32,180 nt of DNA from positions 1 to 32,180 of the forward strand of contig JACMNW010000052.1 in the NCBI GenBank assembly GCA_014378345.1. Reading direction: 5' to 3'. Below, piece after piece: positions 10,637 through 18,787 of this stretch. Source of the stretch: Pseudorhodobacter sp. GTDB taxonomy: Bacteria > Pseudomonadota > Alphaproteobacteria > Rhodobacterales > Rhodobacteraceae. Made by a program: the position numbers and the translations under genes. Position 1 is the stretch's first letter. Each line of letters starts with the position of its first letter. The notes under the pieces were generated by a model. That model saw only the letters and a list, made by a program, of their open reading frames with translations. It was not told the DNA's origin and ran no database searches.

Positions 10637-10673
10637 TTCGTCACGCAGCTTTTTAACGCGTGACGAATTTTTT
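10637..10673 (+). terminator. Intrinsic-terminator-like hairpin just downstream of leuA, with its U-tract on the plus strand
   Basis: TTCGTCACGC-(11 nt)-GCGTGACGAA is a perfect 10-bp stem followed by TTTTTT on the + strand. Confidence 0.55.
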
Positions 10674-10685
10674 GGTCAGCCCGGC

Positions 10686-12269
10686 TCAGGATTGATCTTT
10701 GTAGTGGATCGACTTGGTATCGTCGCCCGGCGCAGATGATTTGCGGCGCTGGATCAGGCGGTTCAGCGCATTAATATAAGCTTTCACCGAAGCTACGACC
10801 GTATCTGTATCGGCTGATTGGCCAGTTGCAATACGTCCGTCTTCTTCAACACGCACCGATACGGTTGCTTGTGCGTCGGTGCCTTCTGTTACGGCGTGTA
10901 CCTGATAAAGTTGCAACCGTGCGCCGTGCGGATACAGCATTTTTACGGCATTGAACGCAGCATCAACAGGCCCGTCACCTGTTGCATCAATCGAATGGTC
11001 AACCCCTTCGATGGTCAGGGTCAGTTCCGCCTCTTGCGGGCCATCGGTGCCGCAAACCACGCGCAGGCGTTTGATCTGCAGCGTGTCATGCGCCTCAGAA
11101 GTCCCGTGATCTTGCATCAGCGCGATCAGGTCATCGTCGTAGACTTCCTTTTTGCGGTCGGCCAGAGCTTTGAACCGCACAAAGACATCGGCCAACTGAT
11201 TGTCGGCCAGTTCAAACCCCAGATCGCGCAGCTTTGCGCGCAGGGCCGCACGGCCCGAATGTTTGCCCATCACCAATGAAGTTTCCGCAAGCCCGATATC
11301 CGTAGGCCGCATGATTTCAAAGGTTTCCGCGTTTTTCAGCATACCATCCTGATGAATGCCGGATTCATGCGCGAACGCATTTTTGCCGACGATCGCTTTG
11401 TTGAACTGTACAGCAAAGCCCGACACAGTGGCCACTTTGCGTGAGATATTCATGATTTTGGTCGTATCAATGCGCGTGCGGTAGGGCAAAATATCATTGC
11501 GCACTTTCATCGCCATCACCACTTCTTCCAAGGCGGTGTTGCCCGCCCGTTCGCCAAGCCCGTTAATGGTGCATTCGATCTGGCGCGCGCCCGCCTCGAC
11601 AGCCGCCAGTGCATTGGCAGTAGCCATGCCCAGATCGTTGTGGCAATGCGTGGCAAAGATGATGTTATCGGCGCCCGGAACCCGTTCCAACAGCATGCGG
11701 ATCAGGGACGAGCTTTCGCGCGGCGCGATGTAGCCTACCGTGTCGGGGATATTCAGCGTGGTAGCCCCGGCCAAAATCGCAATTTCAACCACGCGGCACA
11801 GATAATCATGTTCCGTTCGCGTGGCGTCCATTGGCGACCACTGCACATTGTCACACAAATTGCGCGCATGGGTCACAGTTTCGTGGATCCGTTCAGCCAT
11901 CTGGTCCATCGTCAGATCATGCATGGCACGGTGCAGCGGTGATGTGCCGATAAACGTATGGATGCGCGGTGATTTCGCATGTTTCACCGCCTCCCAGCAG
12001 CGATCAATGTCTTTGAAATTTGCGCGTGCCAGTCCGCAGATGGTGGCGGTATTGCTTTGCTTGGCAATGGCGCTGACCGCCGCAAAATCGCCCTCCGAGG
12101 CAATCGGAAAACCAGCCTCGATAATATCCACGCCCATATCATCCAGCAGATGTGCTATCTCCAGCTTTTCATTGTGCGTCATCGTGGCACCCGGCGACTG
12201 CTCGCCATCGCGCAGGGTGGTATCAAAGATCAAGACACGGGGTTGCGTGCTTTTGTCGGTCATCGTCAT
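10686..12269 (-). CDS. leuA: 2-isopropylmalate synthase
   Basis: DTTLRDGEQ, HCHNDLG, NGLGERAGN, HESGIHQDG and a C-terminal regulatory domain (GDGPVDA). AGGA RBS. Confidence 0.98.
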   Translation of the reverse strand: MTMTDKSTQPRVLIFDTTLRDGEQSPGATMTHNEKLEIAHLLDDMGVDIIEAGFPIASEGDFAAVSAIAKQSNTATICGLARANFKDIDRCWEAVKHAKSPRIHTFIGTSPLHRAMHDLTMDQMAERIHETVTHARNLCDNVQWSPMDATRTEHDYLCRVVEIAILAGATTLNIPDTVGYIAPRESSSLIRMLLERVPGADNIIFATHCHNDLGMATANALAAVEAGARQIECTINGLGERAGNTALEEVVMAMKVRNDILPYRTRIDTTKIMNISRKVATVSGFAVQFNKAIVGKNAFAHESGIHQDGMLKNAETFEIMRPTDIGLAETSLVMGKHSGRAALRAKLRDLGFELADNQLADVFVRFKALADRKKEVYDDDLIALMQDHGTSEAHDTLQIKRLRVVCGTDGPQEAELTLTIEGVDHSIDATGDGPVDAAFNAVKMLYPHGARLQLYQVHAVTEGTDAQATVSVRVEEDGRIATGQSADTDTVVASVKAYINALNRLIQRRKSSAPGDDTKSIHYKDQS

Positions 12270-12297
12270 GGTCCTGTTTTTTGGGGTTTTGCTTCAA

Positions 12298-12348
12298 CTT
12301 TCGGGCGCTGTCATATCCGAGCGGCCGCACCCGAAAGGGCACGCTCAG
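12298..12348 (-). promoter_or_regulatory. Structured RNA element of the leuA leader (alternative helices / pseudoknot)
   Basis: In mRNA sense, CUGAGCG (12348-12342, includes the leader stop) can pair with CGCUCGG (12323-12317). CUUUCGGGUGC (12337-12327) can pair with GCGCCCGAAAG (12308-12298). The two helices are interleaved and no U-tract follows. Confidence 0.65.
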
Positions 12349-12455
12349 CGCAGCGTAAGAAGAAGCAGGCCTTGGCCAGAAAGCACGCCCAAAGAGCACG
12401 CAAAAAGCACGCAAAAAGCACGCAAAGCAGTGGCGAATTTATGTTCCCGTTCCAT
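12345..12455 (-). CDS. leuA leader peptide (36 aa, Leu-rich C-terminus)
   Basis: Hand translation: MEREHKFATALRAFCVLFACSLGVLSGQGLLLLTLR*. Codons CTG CTT CTT CTT ACG CTG CGC TGA end 75 nt upstream of the leuA start. An alternative in-frame ATG lies at 12467. Confidence 0.8.
   Translation of the reverse strand: MEREHKFATALRAFCVLFACSLGVLSGQGLLLLTLR
12383..12428. repeat. Imperfect 11-nt tandem repeat (GCACGCAAAAA) within the leuA leader
   Basis: GCACGC starts at 12383, 12396, 12407 and 12418 (spacings 13, 11, 11). Two exact GCACGCAAAAA units occupy 12396-12417. Confidence 0.9.
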
Positions 12456-12581
12456 CGCCGCAAGCATAGGGAGGATTTTGCGAAAGAAAAGCAGCTTTTC
12501 ATTTTGGTCTGAAAATCCCCGCCGGAGGCACCTGTTTTAAGGGTCAAATGCCTGCGGCGCGGATATTTAAGCCAAAATGAA

Positions 12582-12608
12582 TTGCGCAGCCGGTTTGCGG
12601 CGCTAGAT
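12582..12608 (+). promoter_or_regulatory. Putative RpoH2 (sigma32-family) promoter of the SDR-photolyase operon
   Basis: TTG (12582-12584)-N18-CTAGAT (12603-12608), ending 25 nt before the SDR start. This fits the Rhodobacter RpoHII consensus as I recall it (TTG-N17/19-CTAG.T). Confidence 0.65.
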
Positions 12609-12633
12609 ACTGCGAGGCACAATGGAGGCAGCT

Positions 12634-13299
12634 ATGGAACGGGCACTGGTGATTGGGGCGTCGGGGGGAATTGGTCGATCTTTGGTCAGCGCCCTGCAGG
12701 GCAGGGGTGCGCAGGTGACCGGTCTGTCGCGGTCTGGTGACGGGCTGGATGTCACCGATGAGGTCAGCATTATCAAGGTGTTGGCAGCGGTCGAGGGGCT
12801 GTTTGATACAGTGATTGTGGCGACTGGGGCGCTTGAAATTGGCGCGCACAAGCCTGAAAAATCGCTTCGCGCCTTGGACCCGGCAGCGCTTGCGGCACAA
12901 TTTGCTTTGAACGCCACTGGGCCTGCTTTGGTTTTGAAACATGCCTTGCGGTTGATGCCGAAAGACCGCCCGGTGCGATTTGCCCCGTTGTCTGCGCGGG
13001 TGGCCTCGATCGGGGATAATGCGCTGGGGGGGTGGTATTCGTACCGGGCTGCAAAGGCCGCGTTGAACCAGTTGATCCATTCGGCTGCCATCGAAGTGGC
13101 GCGCAGCCATCCTCAGGCAGTCATAGCACTGGTGCATCCAGGCACCGTGGCTACCGGGTTTGGTGCCGCTTATATCGGCAATCATCCCACTGTTACGCCG
13201 GAGGTTGCGGCTGCAAATGTCTTGGCGGTTCTGGGTGGGCTGACCCAAACCGATACCGGCGGGTTCTTTGATTGGGCTGGCAAGCGCATTTCATGGTAG
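12634..13299 (+). CDS. Short-chain dehydrogenase/reductase (C-factor/CsgA-like)
   Basis: GASGGIG, SARVASIGDN, YSYRAAK (YxxxK) and HPGTVAT. Start re-called to ATG 12634, behind GGAGG. Confidence 0.9.
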   Translation: MERALVIGASGGIGRSLVSALQGRGAQVTGLSRSGDGLDVTDEVSIIKVLAAVEGLFDTVIVATGALEIGAHKPEKSLRALDPAALAAQFALNATGPALVLKHALRLMPKDRPVRFAPLSARVASIGDNALGGWYSYRAAKAALNQLIHSAAIEVARSHPQAVIALVHPGTVATGFGAAYIGNHPTVTPEVAAANVLAVLGGLTQTDTGGFFDWAGKRISW

Positions 13300-14825
13300 C
13301 CCCGCGATTGATCCTGATCCTTGGGGATCAGCTAACACTGGGATTATCCGCACTGCGGGCCGCAGACAAAGCCCTTGATGTTGTGGTGATGGCCGAGGTG
13401 ATGGCCGAAGGCACTTATGTGCCGCATCATCCACAGAAGATTGCGTTGGTCCTGACGGCAATGCGAAAGTTCGCGGCGGCGCTTTCGGCTGATGGCTGGC
13501 ACGTGGCTTATGCACGGCTTGATGATCCGCAAACCGGGGCGAGCATCGGCGCAGAGTTGCTGCGGCGTGCTGCGGAATTCGGGGCTACTGATGTGATTGC
13601 CACGCGACCCGGCGAATGGCGGCTGATCACAGCGCTGGAGACATTGCCGCTAAGCGTGACGTTGCTGCCGGATGACCGTTTCATTTGTTCAGAGATCGAG
13701 TTTTCCGAATGGGCATCGGGGCGCAAACAAATGCGCATGGAATATTTCTACCGCGATATGCGCCGGAAAACCGGGTTGATGATGGACGGCGACAAGCCCG
13801 CCGGTGGGCAGTGGAATTTTGATCATGACAACCGCAAGCCCGCCACTTCTGATATGTTTCGCACAGCGCCACTACGCTTTGTACCCGATGCGGTGACTGA
13901 AGAAGTATTGGCGCTGGTGGGTGCGCGGTTCGGCAATAATTTTGGCAAGTTGCATCCTTTTGGTTGGGCCACAGACAGGGCAGGGGCTCTTCGGGCGTTG
14001 GACCATTTCATAATCCATGCGTTGCCGACCTTTGGTGATTACCAAGACGCTATGTTATCGGCGGATCCGGTTCTATCGCATGCGCTGCTATCACCTTATT
14101 TGAATATTGGCCTGCTATCGCCAATCGAAGTGTGCCAACGGGCTGAGACGGCCTGGAGGGCAGGTGATGTGCCGATCAATGCTGCAGAAGGGTTCATCCG
14201 GCAAATCATCGGCTGGCGGGAATTCGTGCGCGGCATTTATTTTCAGCATGGGCCAGACTATGCCGCCCAAAATGGCCTGGGCCATTCCCGTGATTTGCCA
14301 GCCCTGTATTGGGGTGCGCCGACCAAAATGAACTGCTTGTCCCATGCGGTCGGACAAACGCGCGATTTGGCTTATGCGCATCACATCCAGCGTCTGATGG
14401 TCACAGGCAATTTTGCGCTGCTGGCAGGGGTTGATCCGGGCCATGTGCATGATTGGTATCTGGCGGTCTACATCGATGCCTTCGAATGGGTCGAGGCACC
14501 CAATACGATCGGCATGAGCCAGCACGCTGACGGCGGCGTATTAGGGTCAAAGCCCTATGTTTCGTCTGGTGCCTACATCGAGAGGATGTCGGATTATTGC
14601 AAAAACTGCGCGTATAGTGTGAAGGAAAAGGCCGGGCCAAACGCATGCCCTTTTAACTTACTTTACTGGCATTTTCTAATCCGTCACCGTGACCGGTTTG
14701 CCGCCAATCCCCGCATGGCGCAGATGTACCGCGTTTGGGACAAAATGGAAGGCGGTCACAAAAGCCGTGTGATCGATGATGCGACCAGCTTTTTGGCAAA
14801 GATGGACAGTGGCGCCTTAATCTGA
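13293..14825 (+). CDS. cryB: FeS-cluster bacterial cryptochrome/photolyase (FeS-BCP; CryB/PhrB-like (6-4) photolyase)
   Basis: LILILGDQL, HHPQKI, GGQWNFDHDNR, EGFIRQIIGWRE, YAHHIQRLM, and four Cys positions (MNC, YCKNC, ACPFN) for a 4Fe-4S cluster. ATG 13293 overlaps the end of the SDR gene. Confidence 0.92.
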   Translation: MVAPRLILILGDQLTLGLSALRAADKALDVVVMAEVMAEGTYVPHHPQKIALVLTAMRKFAAALSADGWHVAYARLDDPQTGASIGAELLRRAAEFGATDVIATRPGEWRLITALETLPLSVTLLPDDRFICSEIEFSEWASGRKQMRMEYFYRDMRRKTGLMMDGDKPAGGQWNFDHDNRKPATSDMFRTAPLRFVPDAVTEEVLALVGARFGNNFGKLHPFGWATDRAGALRALDHFIIHALPTFGDYQDAMLSADPVLSHALLSPYLNIGLLSPIEVCQRAETAWRAGDVPINAAEGFIRQIIGWREFVRGIYFQHGPDYAAQNGLGHSRDLPALYWGAPTKMNCLSHAVGQTRDLAYAHHIQRLMVTGNFALLAGVDPGHVHDWYLAVYIDAFEWVEAPNTIGMSQHADGGVLGSKPYVSSGAYIERMSDYCKNCAYSVKEKAGPNACPFNLLYWHFLIRHRDRFAANPRMAQMYRVWDKMEGGHKSRVIDDATSFLAKMDSGALI

Positions 14826-14840
14826 ACCCGCGGGTATCAA

Positions 14841-16322
14841 TCAACCCCCGTCAGGGGCTGGGGCGGTGCCCTCGGCAGGCACCGCAGCACCATTTTGTGG
14901 GGTTGTGGCGGCAGAGGGCCCAGTCAAACCTCCTCCTGTCCATTCCCCCGCAGCTTCATCACCTGAGGCATAACGCATTACACCCTGGCCTTGCCGTTTG
15001 CCTTTGGCAAACAGCCCTTCATAGACGTCGCCGTTGGCATAGGTTGCAATGCCTGCGCCATCAATCTCGCCTGCTTTCCATGACCCGGTGTATTTGAATC
15101 CGTCTTTCATAGTAATTTCACCTTGGCCTTCGCGTTGGCCATTGACGAAATCACCCTTATAAACCGTGCCGTCTGCATATGTTGCAGTGCCGCGGCCTTG
15201 GCGTTGACCTTCGCTCCACGCGCCGTCGTACAGATAACCGTCGGGATAGGTCATGACGCCCTGACCTTGGGGTTTGGCATCAGCAAAACTGCCCTCATAG
15301 ACAAGTCCATTGGCATAGGTGGCGCGGCCCTTGCCTGCGATGGCCCCAGCCTTCCACAACCCTTCATAGGTGGACCCATCGGCATAGGTTATCTTGCCAG
15401 TGCCATCGGCCTGATCGCCCTTGAACTGCCCCACATAAACTGACTTGTCGGGGTAAGTGACTGTGCCTTCCCCTGCAATCTGACCTTCGATCCATGTGCC
15501 ATCATAAAGATAGCCATCGGCCCCGCGAAACACGCCTTTGCCCTGCCGTTTATCACTGGCAAAATCACCCTCATAGACATCACCATTCCCGTAGGTCACA
15601 CGGCCTCTGCCCTGACGTTGGCCGTTGACCAGCGGGCCTTCGTAAACATCCCCGTTAGGCTGGGTCAGTTTGCCCAGGCCGTTGATTTGCCCGTCTGCCC
15701 AAAGGCCGACATAGGTCAACCCATCAGGCATCGTCAGCGTGCCCTTGCCAGACCGTTGCCCACGCACAAGATCATCCGTGTAGACGGCGCCATCGGGATA
15801 GGTGATCTTGCCTGTCCCCTCTTTGACACCCTTGATCCATGTTCCCTCATAACGATAGCCACCCGGATTTTCGATCACACCCTTGCCGTCGTGCACACCG
15901 TCTATGAACGCGCCAGTATAGACCGCGCCATTGGCATAGTGCGCGACGCCGATGCCTGTCATCTTGCCATCTGCCCAATCACCGTCATAGGTGCCACCAT
16001 CGGCAAAAGTGATTTTGCCTTTGCCATGCGGTTTGCCCGCGACGAACAACCCTACGTAGACGGATCCATTCGGAAACCGGGCTGTACCAGCGCCCTTAAT
16101 CTCGCCCGCGACCCATTCGCCGGTGTATTCATAACCATTTGCAAGTTTGTAGGTGCCGGTGCCATCCTGGCGGCCATCTTTAAAGGTGCCTTCATAGATT
16201 GATCCATCATCATATTGCTTGGAAATAACTTCTTGTGCGGCCGCAATGCTGCAAAACGCGGCGCTGAAAACAGCTGCAAGGCATGCGGCCCTGAATGTGT
16301 AATTGCTGACCCGAGTTTTCAC
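14841..16322 (-). CDS. Exported MORN-repeat protein
   Basis: Signal-peptide-like N-terminus (…SIAAA-QEV), then 18 complete 23-aa repeats (YxGx[F/W]xxGxxxGxG) plus a partial 19th, and an Ala/Pro-rich tail. Confidence 0.93.
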   Translation of the reverse strand: MKTRVSNYTFRAACLAAVFSAAFCSIAAAQEVISKQYDDGSIYEGTFKDGRQDGTGTYKLANGYEYTGEWVAGEIKGAGTARFPNGSVYVGLFVAGKPHGKGKITFADGGTYDGDWADGKMTGIGVAHYANGAVYTGAFIDGVHDGKGVIENPGGYRYEGTWIKGVKEGTGKITYPDGAVYTDDLVRGQRSGKGTLTMPDGLTYVGLWADGQINGLGKLTQPNGDVYEGPLVNGQRQGRGRVTYGNGDVYEGDFASDKRQGKGVFRGADGYLYDGTWIEGQIAGEGTVTYPDKSVYVGQFKGDQADGTGKITYADGSTYEGLWKAGAIAGKGRATYANGLVYEGSFADAKPQGQGVMTYPDGYLYDGAWSEGQRQGRGTATYADGTVYKGDFVNGQREGQGEITMKDGFKYTGSWKAGEIDGAGIATYANGDVYEGLFAKGKRQGQGVMRYASGDEAAGEWTGGGLTGPSAATTPQNGAAVPAEGTAPAPDGG

Positions 16323-16520
16323 CAGATTTCCCCCTGCTTTGGTATGGTTGCAGGTCAGCGCTGAAAACCACTGCCGACTCTGCCTTAAACGTCTTGGGCA
16401 GCCTATCTGCGGCCTTTGGGTGTGACAAGCGCACGGCGTGCTCTATCGGCTTTTCCTCGCCCGCATCTCTGTTAGAAACGGGGGTGAACCACCCGAAAGA
16501 TTGCGTCAGAAAGAACCGAC

Positions 16521-18179
16521 ATGCCCGATACATTCCGCCTGACTTTGGCACAGCTAAACCCAACTGTTGGCGATCTTGCCGGAAATGCTGCCAAGGCACA
16601 GGCCGCTTGGGCTGTGGCGCGTGATGCGGGCGCAGATATGGTCGCGTTGACCGAGATGTTTATCACGGGCTACCAAACCCAGGATCTGGTGATGAAACCT
16701 GCCTTTGCGCGCGCGGCGATGGCGCAAATAGATGCGCTGGCATTGGCCTGCAAGGATGGCCCCGCATTGGGTATTGGTGGCCCCAACCTGAAAGATGGCA
16801 AACTTTATAACGCCTTTTATGTGCTTCAGGGCGGCAAGGTGTTGGCCACCGTGCAAAAACACAACCTGCCCAATGATGGGGTGTTTGACGAAAAGCGCGT
16901 ATTTTCGCCGTCGGACGTGCATGGACCTTATCGCATTGGGCCTTTGCGGATTGGCACCCCGATTTGTGAGGATGCTTGGCATCCCGAAGTGGCGGAAACC
17001 TTGGCGGAAACCGGGGCAGAGATTTTGCTGATCCCCAATGGATCGCCCTACCACCGCGGCAAGCCATCTTTGCGCATGAACTTGATGGTGGCCCGCGTGG
17101 TGGAAACGGGGCTGCCCTTGGTTTACCTGAACATGATCGGGGGGCAGGATGATCAGGTGTTTGATGGGGCATCTTTCGTGCTGAATCCCGGCGGGCATCT
17201 GGCGGCACAACTGCCGCAATTCGATGAAATGATCACCCATATTGATTTCAACAAAACCGCTGATGGCTGGCGGGCGAAACCTGGGCCTATGGCCGATATT
17301 CCGGTAATTTGGGAGGCTGATTATCGCACCTGTGTCATGGCGACCCGTGATTATCTGGCCAAAACGGGCTTCAAAAAGGTGCTGTTGGGTTTGTCGGGCG
17401 GCATAGATAGTGCGATTGTCGCCGCCATTGCCGCTGATGCAATCGGGCCGCAAAACGTGCGGTGCGTGATGCTACCGTCGGAATTTACCAGCCAGCACTC
17501 GCTGGATGACGCGATGGAGGTGGCCCGCAATATAGGCTGTCGTCTGGACACCGTGCCAATATCAGGCGCGCAAGCAGCGGTGGGTGACGCTTTGGCGCAT
17601 CTGTTTGAAGGCTCTGAGCCGGGCCTGACCGAAGAAAACATTCAATCCCGTCTGCGCGGCGTGATGCTGATGGCATTGTCGAACAAATTTGGCGAAATGC
17701 TACTGACCACGGGGAACAAATCCGAGGTCGCGGTGGGCTATTGCACCATCTACGGCGATATGAATGGCGGCTTTAATCCGATCAAGGATATGTACAAAAC
17801 GCGCGTGTTTGAAACCTGCCGTTGGCGCAACGAAAATCATCGCGCGTGGATGCTTGCACCTGCGGGTGAAATGATCCCGGCGCGGGTTATTTCCAAACCG
17901 CCATCGGCTGAGTTGCGCCCCAATCAGCGCGACGATGACAGCCTGCCACCTTATCCTGTTTTGGATGCTATTCTGGATGGGTTGGTAGACCGCGAGCTTT
18001 CGGTTGCGGACATTGTGGCAGAAGGCTTTGATCTTGCAACCGTCAAACGGGTCGAACATATGCTTTACCTAAGTGAATACAAGCGCTTCCAAGCCGCCCC
18101 CGGAACCCGGCTTACGCCTAAAGCTTTTGGTCTGGATCGCCGCTATCCTATCGTGAACCGTTGGCGCGATCCTGGATGA
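16521..18179 (+). CDS. nadE: Glutamine-dependent NAD+ synthetase
   Basis: Nitrilase-like domain (TEMF, FDEKR, ICEDAW) plus synthetase domain (LSGGIDS, ENIQSR, TTGNKSE, KPPSAEL). Confidence 0.96.
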   Translation: MPDTFRLTLAQLNPTVGDLAGNAAKAQAAWAVARDAGADMVALTEMFITGYQTQDLVMKPAFARAAMAQIDALALACKDGPALGIGGPNLKDGKLYNAFYVLQGGKVLATVQKHNLPNDGVFDEKRVFSPSDVHGPYRIGPLRIGTPICEDAWHPEVAETLAETGAEILLIPNGSPYHRGKPSLRMNLMVARVVETGLPLVYLNMIGGQDDQVFDGASFVLNPGGHLAAQLPQFDEMITHIDFNKTADGWRAKPGPMADIPVIWEADYRTCVMATRDYLAKTGFKKVLLGLSGGIDSAIVAAIAADAIGPQNVRCVMLPSEFTSQHSLDDAMEVARNIGCRLDTVPISGAQAAVGDALAHLFEGSEPGLTEENIQSRLRGVMLMALSNKFGEMLLTTGNKSEVAVGYCTIYGDMNGGFNPIKDMYKTRVFETCRWRNENHRAWMLAPAGEMIPARVISKPPSAELRPNQRDDDSLPPYPVLDAILDGLVDRELSVADIVAEGFDLATVKRVEHMLYLSEYKRFQAAPGTRLTPKAFGLDRRYPIVNRWRDPG

Positions 18180-18253
18180 TTTTGCGCATGACGTCATAGA
18201 AATGTGACAAAAACCACGGTAAATTGGCGCTCTAGTCAAAATGGAGAATGCCA

Positions 18254-18699
18254 ATGCGCTGGTTCCCAATATCTTTTGTGGCCCTGCTTCTGGCTGCCCC
18301 CTTCATGCTGAAACAATCCTTCGGGTGATAAGTTTCACTGTCTGGGGGGCTGGCGGAATGAAGGAAACGGCATCGATGAAACCGTTGCCGCCATCAAAGC
18401 TGCTGGGGCCGATGTCGTGGGTGTGCAGGAAACCAAATTGGACCCTGATCCCTGCACCGCGACCGATTGCATCGCCGTTGGCCAGTCTGTTGCGCCCGCG
18501 ATTGCCAAGGCGTTGGGTTGGTGTGTCTATGATCAACGTCCTGTGAATGATGCACTTTGGGCGAACCTTTTCGCAACTGATCTGGCAGCCGCAGAAGCGG
18601 CAGATGCAGTTTATGTGACCGGAGATTTCAATGAGTGACATCAAAGTAATACTATGGCCATCCGATCACAGGGCGACGGTGGCTGAAGTTCACTTCTGA
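18254..18699 (+). pseudogene. Degraded exported endonuclease/exonuclease/phosphatase (EEP) family gene
   Basis: Fragments in successive frames: MRWFPISFVALLLAAP / LHAETILRVISFTVWGAG / NEGNGIDETVAAIKAAGADVVGVQET...WAN-LFATDLAAAEAADAVYVTGDFNE* / DIKVILWPSDHRATVAEVHF*. The EEP motifs QE, GDFN and SDH occur in order within about 450 nt. Confidence 0.85.
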
Positions 18700-18787
18700 T
18701 CAGCGCCCCGGTTTTAGTCATATTTGCCAGACTGTTCACCGCGCCGTTGTCGCAGTAGGTTCACCCCAAAGAGCCAAGAGGAATTTC

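Noticed and set aside
12383..12428. Repeat considered as a mini-CRISPR or iteron array
   Set aside because: Units are 11-13 nt and contiguous, with no spacers and no cas or rep genes nearby.
14826..14835. Palindrome ACCCGCGGGT between the convergent photolyase and MORN stops
   Set aside because: Too short and lacks U-tracts; could be chance.
16554..17453. 299-aa minus-strand ORF, and similar long antisense ORFs over leuA, the SDR, hom and pirin
   Set aside because: They lie opposite well-supported genes, as expected from codon bias in GC-rich DNA.
18241..18644. ORFs 18241..18546, 18303..18644 and 18417..18638 as independent small genes or a programmed frameshift
   Set aside because: They are explained as fragments or shadows of the EEP pseudogene; the internal deletions rule out a functional recoded product.
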